From positions 18,793-82,792 of the forward strand of contig JBMNNW010000006.1 of NCBI GenBank assembly GCA_050942735.1: a DNA stretch of 64,000 bases, given 5' to 3'. The translations under genes were made by a program, and so were the position numbers. Origin of the DNA: Armatimonadota bacterium. GTDB lineage: Bacteria > Armatimonadota > Zipacnadia > Zipacnadales > UBA5352. This document shows, piece after piece, positions 19,548 to 29,119 of the stretch. Positions within the stretch are counted from its first letter, which is position 1, and every line of letters starts with the position of its first letter. A model generated the notes under the pieces. That model did not search any database. It was not told where the DNA came from and was given only the letters and a program-made list of their open reading frames with translations.

Positions 19548-20564
19548 ATGATGACTAGACCAGGGAAGAGGATAATCGCCGCAGTCCTGATGGTGGCCCT
19601 GCTGCTGGGTCTGCAGCCGCTCTACGAGAACGTCGCCACCGAGCGGCTGGTGCGCGGCTACGCCCGACCCACGCAGGTCACCAAGATCCTCCAGTACGAC
19701 GCACCGGCCATGACCGGTGTGATCGTCGGAGCGATGCTGGGCGGCTTTCGTGAGGTCGCCGCATCGATGCTGTGGATGAAGACCCACACGATGTGGCATT
19801 CGGGCAGGGGCACATACTGGGACTCACTGTACCTGATGCGCATGACCACCCTGCTCGACCCGCACTGGCTCGAGCCGTGGCGGATCACCGCATGGCATTG
19901 TGCCTACAACCTCTACGTGGAGACGGATGATCCCGTGGAGCAGGCAAGGATGCTGCAACTGGGTGTGGATGTCCTCAAGGAGGGCATCTCCTGGAACCCG
20001 GATCGCTACGATCTCTATTTCGAGCTGGGATGGACCTACTTCGACAAGATCCGCGACTACGACGAGGCCGCCAGATGGCTCGGGGCCGCCACGCAGTTCG
20101 AGCACCCTGAGTACATCGAGCGGCTCATCGCCCACGGATATGAGCGCCTGCCGAACATGCCCGAGGCGCTGAAGTGGTACGACTACTGCCTCAAGCGACG
20201 ACCGTCGGACGAGACGGCCAAGGGCGCCACCATCACGATCCGCGAGCGCTATCTCCCGGCGTGGCGGCTGATGGAGGAGGGCAGGTATGATGAGGCGATT
20301 GCCGCGATCGACGGCTACCTCACCATCAACCCGCAGAGCACGCTCGCGCTGCACATGAAGGGGCATATCTTCGAGCAGGCCGGCGATCTCTACCGGGCCC
20401 GCGAGCAGTGGCAGCTCGCCGCCGAGACCATGGCGCTGAACCATCACGCGCGCTATAAGGTCGCGGTCCTGAGTGAGCAACTCGGTCTGCCCGCGCCCGA
20501 GCATCCGACGCACATCTACAAGGAGCAGCAGCGCCGGATGGCCGTGCAGCACGACATGGACTGA
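19548..20564 (+). CDS. Membrane-anchored TPR-like repeat protein
   Basis: N-terminal transmembrane helix (IIAAVLMVALLLGL), then a W/Y-rich helical repeat region. Confidence 0.45.
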   Translation: MMTRPGKRIIAAVLMVALLLGLQPLYENVATERLVRGYARPTQVTKILQYDAPAMTGVIVGAMLGGFREVAASMLWMKTHTMWHSGRGTYWDSLYLMRMTTLLDPHWLEPWRITAWHCAYNLYVETDDPVEQARMLQLGVDVLKEGISWNPDRYDLYFELGWTYFDKIRDYDEAARWLGAATQFEHPEYIERLIAHGYERLPNMPEALKWYDYCLKRRPSDETAKGATITIRERYLPAWRLMEEGRYDEAIAAIDGYLTINPQSTLALHMKGHIFEQAGDLYRAREQWQLAAETMALNHHARYKVAVLSEQLGLPAPEHPTHIYKEQQRRMAVQHDMD

Positions 20565-20637
20565 GCCGACGCGCAGAAGAAGGGATAACACCTCCGCGAG
20601 GTCAATGGGCACCTATCCCGCTCGCGGAGGTGTTCGC

Positions 20638-23190
20638 ATGTACCGCAATGGCCTCAAGCACGTCGTCGGCCTCATCATCATCGCGTCATTCGCCGCCCCG
20701 CTGCTCGATGCCGCTCCACTCGATGCCGCGTGGGAGCGCGAAAAGCTCGCGCAGGGCTCGTGGGTCTCCGATGACGCGAGTTTCGCCCCGGACGCCGATG
20801 GCGTCGTCACAGTCACCCGAGGCGCCCCACACCACAGTCGCCTCACCACAATCATCGTCGCCGACCTCACAGGAGCGCCGTGGCTCGACCTGCGCGCTCA
20901 CGCCTCCAACGCTCAGTGGAAGCTCACCGGCAGCTTCGCGGGCGGCCCGGAGATCGTCATCGCGGATCGCCAGACGGTGGGCCGCTGCACCCGAAATCTC
21001 GCGGAGCTGTTCGGCGCGCAGGGTGCCGGCGAACTGCGCCTGCACATGCATATCTGGGGCTGGGGCAGCGGAGCCGGCCACTACGTGCGCTTCACGCCCT
21101 CTCTCAGCGCGGACGCAGACCGGTCGGACGCGGCCGAACTGCTCGACGGGATGGAGCGCATCGACGCGAGCTGCCGGTCGGCCGCGCGTGACATCCGGCC
21201 GGCGGTGGAGGGCCATCCGAGGCTGCGTTTCAGCGACGAAGGCCGCGATCGTTGGAGAGAGCTGGCCGCCGCGCACCCGCAGTACGGGCAGCCGCTGGTG
21301 GGTATCATCGCGAACCTCGACGCCCACCGGGCGGAGGAGCCCTACGTCTTCGACGCGGTCTCGACACAGACCAGGCGGCCCGCGTGGGGCGAGAACCTTC
21401 TGTCGGTCCGCCCCCCCGTCGCACCCGACCTGGAGCCCGGTGAGGGCCGCGATCCGTTCGCCGGGATGGCCACCGAGGGCGCATGGAGGACGCTCTACTG
21501 GCACAGCTTCTCCCACTGGCTGATCGGCGCCGCGCTGTCGGATGAGCCCGACTTCGCCGAGCAGGCGAAGCGCTGGGCCCTTGAGCTGACTCGATGGCGC
21601 TTCTGGCTGGAGCCCGACTACATCTACTTCGACTTCGGCACCGCCTACCCGCTGCAGTGCCTCGCTTCGGCGTACGACATCGCCTCAGGCCGGATGATCG
21701 GCGATGAACTGGCCGAAGTGCGCGAGGCGATAGCGACGCTCGCCGATGGCCTCTACCTCAACACTATCTCCGGCCACGGCTCGATCTACAACGACCTGCG
21801 CGGGAACCACACCGCGGTGACGATGTGCGGGCTCGGGATGGCAGGCTGTGTCCTGCTCGGCGAGGACGAGCGCGCGCCGCTGTGGATCGCGCTTGCCGAG
21901 CGCTTCATGCTCGACGCATTCGAAGAGCATACCTCCGGGGCGTGGGTCGAGTCGCCCAGCTACGGAGCCTACGGCGTCAATGAGTGGCTGAGACTCGCGG
22001 AGGTGGTGCGTAATGTCACCGGCAGGAACCACTTCGGCCACCCGTTCCTGCGGCGCTTCGCGGAGTACCAGCTTCACATCGCCGACTGGGAGGGCCGCGA
22101 TCTCGGCTACAACGGCGGGGGCGCGGGGCAGTACTGGAACCAGTGGGTGTTCCACGCCATCGCGCGGCAGTGGCAGGACCCGCGCTTTCAGTGGCTCGCG
22201 CGCCCGACCGGCGAGGCGCTGTCGGGCGCCGGTTACGGCGACACGCTCTGGTGGATCGATCCAGACCTCGCCGCCCAGCGCCCGGCGGAGGCAGCCACCG
22301 GTCGGCATTTCGCGGACATCGGCGTGAACGTCTGGCGCAGCGGCTGGGAGGATGATGCGACCATCCTGCTGCACCACTGCGGGATGAAGGGCCAGCACAA
22401 AGAGGAGAACATGAACCACGTGACACTCTACGCGCTGGGCCGGCGCATCCTCCCGGACGGGCTCGGCGGCGGCACGGCCGATCACAACGTGGTGATGGTC
22501 GATGACCGCATTCAGAACAAGTGGATGCCGGGTGCGACCGTGGCGTATCACTGTGACGAGCGCTCCGGCTACTCCCTCGGCGACGCGCAGAGCGCCTACT
22601 TCGGTTGGCGGCGGCACGTGCTCTTCCTGCGGCCCGATCTCGTGGTGCTCATCGACGACGTCCCGCTGGGCGACCGCGATGACCGCGATGTGCGCTTTAT
22701 GCTGCACCCGAGCGGTGAGACCGTGGCGGAGGGCGCGCTGCTGACGGTGCGCTCGGGGGAGGTGGCGCTCCAGGCGATGACGGTGCTGCCGGACGGGAGC
22801 GCGCTGCCGATGGCCGCCGGGGCGCGGGAGCAGCAGGGCAGGGCGACGCACGACGCGTGGGCATCGTACACCGGGCGGGGCGATCTGCGAGCCGTCACGC
22901 TGCTGCTGATCTCCCCCGCGCCCGATCCGCCCGCGCCGTCGGTGACGGCCGCCGAGGGCGTCCTGCACATCGCGCACGGCGACCGGGAGTTCGTGCTCGG
23001 CCTGCGGGAGGGCGACATCGCCCAGGGTTTCAGCACGAACGCCGACCTGTGGCTCGCGCGTCTCGTGGGCGGCGTACCTGAGGCGATTCTGGTGCCGGGA
23101 GCAGAGGAGATGGGCGACGTACAGACAGGCCTCCGGACACCCGCCGGGGTCATAAGCGGAAGCCCGGCGGTGAGTTGGGGCGCAGAGTGA
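20638..23190 (+). CDS. Heparinase II/III-like (alginate-lyase superfamily) secreted protein
   Basis: Internal Met at 20638 gives the signal peptide MYRNGLKHVVGLIIIASFAAPLLDA. It has an N-terminal (alpha/alpha) toroid-like region and a C-terminal heparinase II/III-like block (HHCGMKGQHKEENMNHVTLYALGRR ... HNVVMVDD). Confidence 0.6.
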   Translation: MYRNGLKHVVGLIIIASFAAPLLDAAPLDAAWEREKLAQGSWVSDDASFAPDADGVVTVTRGAPHHSRLTTIIVADLTGAPWLDLRAHASNAQWKLTGSFAGGPEIVIADRQTVGRCTRNLAELFGAQGAGELRLHMHIWGWGSGAGHYVRFTPSLSADADRSDAAELLDGMERIDASCRSAARDIRPAVEGHPRLRFSDEGRDRWRELAAAHPQYGQPLVGIIANLDAHRAEEPYVFDAVSTQTRRPAWGENLLSVRPPVAPDLEPGEGRDPFAGMATEGAWRTLYWHSFSHWLIGAALSDEPDFAEQAKRWALELTRWRFWLEPDYIYFDFGTAYPLQCLASAYDIASGRMIGDELAEVREAIATLADGLYLNTISGHGSIYNDLRGNHTAVTMCGLGMAGCVLLGEDERAPLWIALAERFMLDAFEEHTSGAWVESPSYGAYGVNEWLRLAEVVRNVTGRNHFGHPFLRRFAEYQLHIADWEGRDLGYNGGGAGQYWNQWVFHAIARQWQDPRFQWLARPTGEALSGAGYGDTLWWIDPDLAAQRPAEAATGRHFADIGVNVWRSGWEDDATILLHHCGMKGQHKEENMNHVTLYALGRRILPDGLGGGTADHNVVMVDDRIQNKWMPGATVAYHCDERSGYSLGDAQSAYFGWRRHVLFLRPDLVVLIDDVPLGDRDDRDVRFMLHPSGETVAEGALLTVRSGEVALQAMTVLPDGSALPMAAGAREQQGRATHDAWASYTGRGDLRAVTLLLISPAPDPPAPSVTAAEGVLHIAHGDREFVLGLREGDIAQGFSTNADLWLARLVGGVPEAILVPGAEEMGDVQTGLRTPAGVISGSPAVSWGAE

Positions 23191-23275
23191 GTTGCCCTGG
23201 CACGTCGGCCGGACGTGACGACGCCCGGGGCATTTCGCCCCGGGCGTCGCGTTCGCCCTCCCTCACGCGGGCGTG

Positions 23276-23959
23276 TCAGTCGCTGGACTTCGGCAGATAC
23301 GGGATCAGGCGCATCGCGAGGCTCGGCACCGGCATCGTCTGCAGCCACACCCGGCCCGGACCGGTGACGGTCGCGAGGAAAAGGCCCTCGCCGCTGAGGA
23401 AGATGTTCCTTACACCCGCGACCCGCTCGATGTCGAAGTTGACGGTCGGATCCATCATCGCGATATGCCCCGGATCGACCTTCAGCCCCTGCCCGGCCTG
23501 GAGGTTGTACTCCACGACCTCACCGTCGATCTCGAAGAACGCCAGCCCCGGCCCGCTCACCTTCTGCATGAAGAGCCCCTCGCCGCCGAAGAACGCGGCG
23601 CCCAGACGCTTGTGCATGTGCATGTCAAGCTCAACGCTCGCCGCCGCAACCATGAAGGCATCCCGCTGGCAGATCAGGCTCTGACCGGCGGCAAGGTCCT
23701 CCACGAGCACCTTGCCGGGCAGCTCGGGCGTGAAGGTCACGAAACCCGTGCCCGAGGTGCATGTGTAGTCGGTCATAAAGAGCGATTCGCCGGAGACTTT
23801 GCGCTTGAGCGCGCCCATCAGGCCGCCCTTCATGTTCGTGTCCATCTCGATGTTGGCGGTCATCCACGCCATCCCGCCCGCCTCAGTATATACCGACTCC
23901 CCCTGCTGCAGCGTGATCTCGACACTCTGCATGACCGTCCCGCGGATCGAGTACTCCAT
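23276..23959 (-). CDS. AIM24/DUF124 (TIGR00266) family protein, paralog B
   Basis: 227 aa with motifs characteristic of the family (MEYSIRGTVMQSVEI... GEGLF). It is about 70 % identical to the upstream neighbour. Confidence 0.65.
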   Translation of the reverse strand: MEYSIRGTVMQSVEITLQQGESVYTEAGGMAWMTANIEMDTNMKGGLMGALKRKVSGESLFMTDYTCTSGTGFVTFTPELPGKVLVEDLAAGQSLICQRDAFMVAAASVELDMHMHKRLGAAFFGGEGLFMQKVSGPGLAFFEIDGEVVEYNLQAGQGLKVDPGHIAMMDPTVNFDIERVAGVRNIFLSGEGLFLATVTGPGRVWLQTMPVPSLAMRLIPYLPKSSD

Positions 23960-24047
23960 CGCCTGCGCCCTCCTGAGAGTGCGGATTGAGGTGGCCGAAC
24001 GATCAACCGGTCATGAGCTGCCGTCACGGCGGACGGAGACGCCGCCG

Positions 24048-24728
24048 CTATGACGACGTCGCGATGTAGCGTGAGAGCTTCGCCGCAAGGTTCGGCAGCG
24101 GCATGGTCTGCAGCCACACCCTGCCCGGTCCGGTGACATTGGCGAGGAAAAGGCCCTCCCCGCTGAAGAGCACGTTGGTGACACCCTTGATCCTCGTTAT
24201 GTCGAAGTCCACGGTGGGGTCCATCAAGGCGATGTGTCCCGGATCAACCCTCAGTGACTGGCCGGCCTGAAGGTCGTACTGCACCGTCTCACCGGCGATC
24301 TCGAAGAATGCGAGCCCCGGGCCCGTGACTTTCTGCAGGATCAGGCCCTCGCCACCGAAAAGACCCGCGCCGAGTCGGCGGGTGACATGCATGTCGAGTT
24401 CCACACTCTGCTCGGCGCACATGAACGCATCGCGCTGGCAGATCATCGATTGACCCGGGGCAAGTTCGATCGGGATGATCGTGCCGGGGGTCTCGAGTGT
24501 GAAGGTAACGAAGCCCGAGCCCGACTCGCAGGTGTAGGTGGTCATGAACAGCGACTCACCGGCGGCCTTCCGCTTCAGCGCGCTCATCAGGCCGCCCCTC
24601 ATGTTGGCGTCCATACCGATGTTGGCGGTCATCCAGGCCATGCCGCCAGCCTCTGTGTACACCGACTCGCCCTGCTGCAGCGAGATCTCAACGCTCTGCA
24701 TGACAGTTCCGCGGATCTGGTACTCCAT
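24048..24728 (-). CDS. AIM24/DUF124 (TIGR00266) family protein, paralog A
   Basis: 226 aa, a tandem duplicate of 23276..23959. Confidence 0.65.
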   Translation of the reverse strand: MEYQIRGTVMQSVEISLQQGESVYTEAGGMAWMTANIGMDANMRGGLMSALKRKAAGESLFMTTYTCESGSGFVTFTLETPGTIIPIELAPGQSMICQRDAFMCAEQSVELDMHVTRRLGAGLFGGEGLILQKVTGPGLAFFEIAGETVQYDLQAGQSLRVDPGHIALMDPTVDFDITRIKGVTNVLFSGEGLFLANVTGPGRVWLQTMPLPNLAAKLSRYIATSS

Positions 24729-24773
24729 GGCGCGTCCTCCCGTGTCCCGGCAGTCGATTCGGATGGTCGGAGA

Positions 24774-26150
24774 TCACTCGATCCTGTGGCCGCACTCCCG
24801 GCAGAACTTGCTGGCCGGGTCGAGTCCGGAGCCGCAGTTCGCGCAGAACTTCGGCGTCGAGGATTCCTCTGCCCGCTCGGCGGGTTCGGCCGGACGGAGA
24901 AAGTCCGATGCAGAGCTGCCCTCTGCCTTCGGCTCCTCCGAAGGCTCGGCCGGGCGCAGGAAGGCGCTGGCGGGAGGAGGCTCGTCGGGAGCCTCACCCT
25001 GCGGCGGAGCGTCCTGAGCAGGCGGCGCGGGCGTCGGAGCTTCGGTCGGGCGCGGCACGGCAGGCCCCGCCTCGGACGGACGCGCCGGGCTAACGTCCGC
25101 GGGAGGTTCGGAGGCGCCCGAAGGCGTCGGACCGACCGGCGGAGGCAGATCGTCCGCGCCGCCGCTGCCCGGCCGCTCGCGCGGCGTGGTGATGCCGCGG
25201 AAGGCGAGGACGGCGACGCCAATCACCACGATGGCGACGAGGAACCAGAAGGCCTTGATGAACAGCGTGACGATGGTGACGGACACAAGCGCGAACACGA
25301 AGGCGATCCCCGCGAACGCGCAGGAGAGATGGTCGCCGACCAGTGGGATATACCCCACCAGGGTGGTGAGCGGGCCGAAGATCAGCATGATCCCCATGAA
25401 GATGGCGAACACCGCCCCGGCCCTCATCCCCCATTTCGCCATCTTGTACTCCCGCTTGAGCGTCTCGAGGGTCTGCTGCTCGTTCTGCGTGCTGACGACG
25501 AAGCTGTAGCCGCCCTGGATGGAGCCGCCGGAGATCTCGCCGACAACGATCACAGGACTGGTCGCATCAAGTACCTCCACGCTCTTGCGCATGTCGCCGA
25601 CCTCGGCGCTGCCGGGCTCGGTCCCGACGTGGAAGTCGGTCTCAAAGCGCTTGCGGTAGGCCTTGTAGACCTCCTTCTCGCCGACCGGGTTGGCACCCTC
25701 GGGGCGTATCTCAATCCCGTCGATACGGAAGGAACTGACCCAGCCCCTGTCGGTGGAGGCGGTGTTCCAACTGTAGCTGACGTCGCCGTCTGAGTCCTCC
25801 TCGCGCTCGTATTCCTCGATGCGCTTGTAGTAGTAGAGGGCCTGACCGTCCCACTCGTCGATCCTCAGGAAGTCGCCCTGCGGCTGGCCCTGCGTCTTGA
25901 CCAACTCGCCCTCCATCCCCCTCGTGGCCTCGGGCTGGACCATCTCGAGGGCCTCAAAGACCTTCCCGTGGTTAACCAGCTTTGCCTCAGCGTGGTAGGC
26001 CAGGTAGAACCCGAGGGGGATCAGCACGATCCCTATGAGGACGCCGAAGACCGCGCCGCAACCGCCGCCGCAGCCCTTGCTGGCGCCCCGCGCGCCCGCC
26101 CCGCCGCCGCCCACATTGACACCGCCCACCTTGAAGTTGAAGCCAGACAT
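24774..26150 (-). CDS. TMEM43/DUF1625-like membrane protein with Pro-rich linker and C-terminal CxxC...CxxC zinc ribbon
   Basis: Topology is 1 TM (res ~33-52), an approximately 180-aa soluble domain, 3 TMs, a Pro/Ala/Glu-rich low-complexity tail, then FCANCGSGLDPASKFCRECGHRI. A GGAGGG RBS sits 6 nt before the ATG. Confidence 0.5.
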   Translation of the reverse strand: MSGFNFKVGGVNVGGGGAGARGASKGCGGGCGAVFGVLIGIVLIPLGFYLAYHAEAKLVNHGKVFEALEMVQPEATRGMEGELVKTQGQPQGDFLRIDEWDGQALYYYKRIEEYEREEDSDGDVSYSWNTASTDRGWVSSFRIDGIEIRPEGANPVGEKEVYKAYRKRFETDFHVGTEPGSAEVGDMRKSVEVLDATSPVIVVGEISGGSIQGGYSFVVSTQNEQQTLETLKREYKMAKWGMRAGAVFAIFMGIMLIFGPLTTLVGYIPLVGDHLSCAFAGIAFVFALVSVTIVTLFIKAFWFLVAIVVIGVAVLAFRGITTPRERPGSGGADDLPPPVGPTPSGASEPPADVSPARPSEAGPAVPRPTEAPTPAPPAQDAPPQGEAPDEPPPASAFLRPAEPSEEPKAEGSSASDFLRPAEPAERAEESSTPKFCANCGSGLDPASKFCRECGHRIE

Positions 26151-26332
26151 CGGACGCCCTCCTGTGTTCCCGCTGAGTGCGCTGCAGGACGTTGTTTCTT
26201 TGACGCCACCGGAAATCCTGCGTGCGGCGGCGGCGATTGTTGTCGTGGAGGCAGGTCGTGGTCAGTCGCCGAAACGCCCCTGGGGGGAGGGCCCGGCGGA
26301 GAGTCGGGGGCCGCGAACCAGCCTCAACAGAT

Positions 26333-26354
26333 CCCCGCGCCTCAACGCGCGGGG
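26333..26354 (-). terminator. GC hairpin (ccccgcgc-ctcaac-gcgcgggg) just after HD-domain gene stop
   Basis: Read from the sequence. It lies 40-60 nt downstream of the stop at 26391 on the minus strand. Confidence 0.3.
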
Positions 26355-26390
26355 AGGGCCAGCCGGGGACCGAAGGACCGCGTGGCCCCG

Positions 26391-27077
26391 CTACAGGAGC
26401 GGAACGCCGTTGATGATCAGCCGGAAGTCACAGCCAAGCATCCGCGCGGCTCGCCGGCTGATGACCATCCGCGACAGGAAGATCTCAAAATACTCCATCA
26501 CCGAGCCGATCTCGGTGTCGATCGTCAGGTCGAGGCTGATCGTCTTCGTCTCGGCCGAGACCTCCAGCCGGGTATCCCGTACGGCGTAGTTGATGCGGTC
26601 GTGGATGTCGAAGGCCGCCATGTGCGGATTGCGCACACGTTCGCGCGCCACGTCGGCCTTGTCGCCGATCACAACCGCCGCGCCGAATTCGGAGGTTGGC
26701 TCATAGCTGGTATCCTCATCGTGGGTGCCGACCGCCGCGACGACCTGCGTCACCTCGCGGATCGGCATCCCACGCTTGCGCAACAGGTCGTAGGCGAGCA
26801 GAGCGCTTGTCGTCGCATGGTCCCTGCGGGAGACGAGGTTGCCGATGTCATGGAGCAGCCCCCCGATCTTCGCCAGCTCCACCTGGCGCTCATCGTAGTC
26901 AAGTTCCCTCAGGATCAGGCCCGCGTTCTCAGCGATGATGGTCGCGTGCCGCATCCCGTGCTCGGTATAGCCGATCGCCTTCATCTGCTGATCGGCCGCC
27001 GCGATCATCTCGCGGACCTCCGGATCGGTCCTGATCGAGTCGTATGTCACCCTGTGCTCGGTCTTCTCTTCAGTCAT
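26391..27077 (-). CDS. HD-domain phosphohydrolase
   Basis: H...HD motif (HGMRHATII ... LLHDIGN). Confidence 0.65.
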   Translation of the reverse strand: MTEEKTEHRVTYDSIRTDPEVREMIAAADQQMKAIGYTEHGMRHATIIAENAGLILRELDYDERQVELAKIGGLLHDIGNLVSRRDHATTSALLAYDLLRKRGMPIREVTQVVAAVGTHDEDTSYEPTSEFGAAVVIGDKADVARERVRNPHMAAFDIHDRINYAVRDTRLEVSAETKTISLDLTIDTEIGSVMEYFEIFLSRMVISRRAARMLGCDFRLIINGVPLL

Positions 27078-27113
27078 GGGGACTCCGTTGACGCTCCTGC
27101 GGCGTTGGAAGTT

Positions 27114-28076
27114 TCAGTGCCTCCGCTTCTTCGGAGGTCTGCGCGTGGCAAGCATGACGGCCCCGGCGGCGACCGCGATGCAGATACTCGCGAACTGCGC
27201 GACGGTCAGCGCGGGGATCGGCCCAAAGGGCTCAGCGGATGCGCCCCGGCGGAAGAACTCCACGACGAAGCGGCCCGCGGAGTAGAAGATCAGGTAGGCG
27301 AGGAAGAGATGCCCCTTGCGGCGCAGATGGCCTCGCACCAGCAGCAGCAGCCCGAAGACAGCGAGGCTGGCGAGCGCGGCGTAGAGCTGTGCGGGATGCC
27401 GCGGGACAAGAGGGTCGCCCGAGCCTGCGATGTGCGGCAGGGCGATCGCCCACGGGAGGTCGCTTGGCGCGCCGTGGCAGCAGCCGTTGAGAAAGCAGCC
27501 CACCCGCGTGACCGCATAGCCGATCGCGATCGACGGCGCAAGCAGATCGGCGATCCGCAGGAAGCTTACCTCACGGCGCGCGATGTAGAGCCATGCGCCC
27601 ACGATTCCGCCGATCAGCCCTCCGTGGAAGCTCAGGCCCCCCTCCCAGACCTTGAGCACCTCGATGGGCTGCCCCGCAAAGTCACCCCAGTTGAGGGCCA
27701 CCGCCAGCAGTCGGGAGCCGATCACCGCGCCGACGAGGATCGCCAGTGTGACGTCGATGAGCAGGTCAGGGTCGACCTCGTCATCGTTGCGGCTGTCCCA
27801 CATCGCCCACAGCATGCCGCCGATGAAGCCGATCATGAGCATCGTGCCCCATGAGCGGATCGCCACCGGCCCCCAGCGGTGCAGTCCCAGCGAGACTCCC
27901 GCGCCGATGGCGATGCCGATCAGCGGCATCACGATCAGGCGCGCGACGCGGGGATAGTTGCCGAGCCGGCGCTGCTCGAGAATCTCCAGCAGCAGCGCCC
28001 CACCACCGAGGATCGCGCACAGCAGCATTGCAGCCCACAGGGGTGGGCCTGGTATCAGGGCAAGCACGGGGCACAT
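27114..28076 (-). CDS. lgt: Prolipoprotein diacylglyceryl transferase (copy 2)
   Basis: GGLSFHGGLIGG and RVGCFLNGCCHG. It sits next to lspA. Confidence 0.8.
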   Translation of the reverse strand: MCPVLALIPGPPLWAAMLLCAILGGGALLLEILEQRRLGNYPRVARLIVMPLIGIAIGAGVSLGLHRWGPVAIRSWGTMLMIGFIGGMLWAMWDSRNDDEVDPDLLIDVTLAILVGAVIGSRLLAVALNWGDFAGQPIEVLKVWEGGLSFHGGLIGGIVGAWLYIARREVSFLRIADLLAPSIAIGYAVTRVGCFLNGCCHGAPSDLPWAIALPHIAGSGDPLVPRHPAQLYAALASLAVFGLLLLVRGHLRRKGHLFLAYLIFYSAGRFVVEFFRRGASAEPFGPIPALTVAQFASICIAVAAGAVMLATRRPPKKRRH

Positions 28077-28080
28077 GTGG

Positions 28081-28623
28081 TCAGTCGCTGTCCTCTCCGC
28101 TACAGGTGGGGTGGGGGTGGCCCAGGATGGTGGCGATGATCAGCAGCCCCGCGCCGACGGTGATCGCGATGTCGGCGACGTTAAAGACCGGCCAGAAATG
28201 CAGGTCGATATAGTCGATGACGTAGCCGACCCGGACGCGGTCGATGAGATTTCCCAGCGCGCCGCCCAGTACGGTCGCCACGGCCGATGCGAGCAGCCGG
28301 CTCCCCCCAAGCCGCGGCGCGATGACGATGAGCGCTAACACCACGAGGGCCGCCACCGCCACGAGCAGGCCGGTGCTCGAATCGAGGATCCCAAACGCTC
28401 CCCCGGTGTTCGTGGCCCAGGTGAGGCTCAACCACGACGTCAGCGGGATCGACTCTGCGCCGCGCAACCACTGTACGGCGGCCAGCTTCGCCGCCTGATC
28501 GGCGGCCACGATCGCCGCCGCCATCAGGTAGACCGCAATCGCGGGCGACCTGCCCGGCGACTCGCCGTCAGATGGTACGCCTGACGCGGGGACGCTCACA
28601 TTCCCGAAAGGCCCGACCGGCAT
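28081..28623 (-). CDS. lspA: Lipoprotein signal peptidase II
   Basis: Conserved LspA blocks [19 protein letters not shown] and FNVADIAI. The start is uncertain (Met at 28623 or 28524). The ORF-track start at 28686 overlaps the traR-like gene. Confidence 0.7.
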   Translation of the reverse strand: MPVGPFGNVSVPASGVPSDGESPGRSPAIAVYLMAAAIVAADQAAKLAAVQWLRGAESIPLTSWLSLTWATNTGGAFGILDSSTGLLVAVAALVVLALIVIAPRLGGSRLLASAVATVLGGALGNLIDRVRVGYVIDYIDLHFWPVFNVADIAITVGAGLLIIATILGHPHPTCSGEDSD

Positions 28624-29045
28624 TCCTTGCACATGGTCGCCCACGGGAGCACACTGAGGCGCTTCTTCGTGATCGGCTTGCCGCAACTGTCGCAGATCCC
28701 GTAGGTGCCTTCCTCGACTTTCTCGAGGGCGGCGAGGACCTCATCGAGCTGCTCGCGGAGCGACGCGCCGACGGCCATCGACTGCGCACGCTCGACCGTC
28801 TCGGTTGCGGCGTCGCCCCCGGGCTCATCGAAGTCCTGACCGGCCTGGTCCGAGTGCAGGCGGTCGCGGCCAGCGGCCCTGTCCTCGATCCGCTTCAACT
28901 CGGTCGTCAGACGATCCCGCTCCTCAATCAGTATCTTCTCGTACTTCTCAACATCCAGCGTTCGTTTTCGCGCCACCGTGCGTGACCTCCGATGCGCATA
29001 GTCAGACCGGGCGCCAATTCCCCGGATTGAGCGGGCCACCTTCAT
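28596..29045 (-). CDS. DksA/TraR-family C4-type zinc-finger protein
   Basis: Coiled-coil region, then CDSCGKPI...CKEC. A start at MKVARS (29045) is preferred over the ORF-track start at 29165, which would overlap ileS. Confidence 0.6.
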   Translation of the reverse strand: MKVARSIRGIGARSDYAHRRSRTVARKRTLDVEKYEKILIEERDRLTTELKRIEDRAAGRDRLHSDQAGQDFDEPGGDAATETVERAQSMAVGASLREQLDEVLAALEKVEEGTYGICDSCGKPITKKRLSVLPWATMCKECRSGLSGM

Positions 29046-29119
29046 GAAGCCCGAGAATATCCGAAAGCCACTGTCCGCGCGTCTAACCACGCCGGTATCG
29101 AGCTGGCCGATCCCGGCGG

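Noticed and set aside
23273-27854. Plus-strand ORFs 23273..23989, 24387..25793 and 25968..27854 (up to 628 aa)
   Set aside because: They are antisense to the AIM24-like pair, the TMEM43-like gene, the HD-domain gene and lgt. The minus-strand genes have clear family motifs and RBSs.
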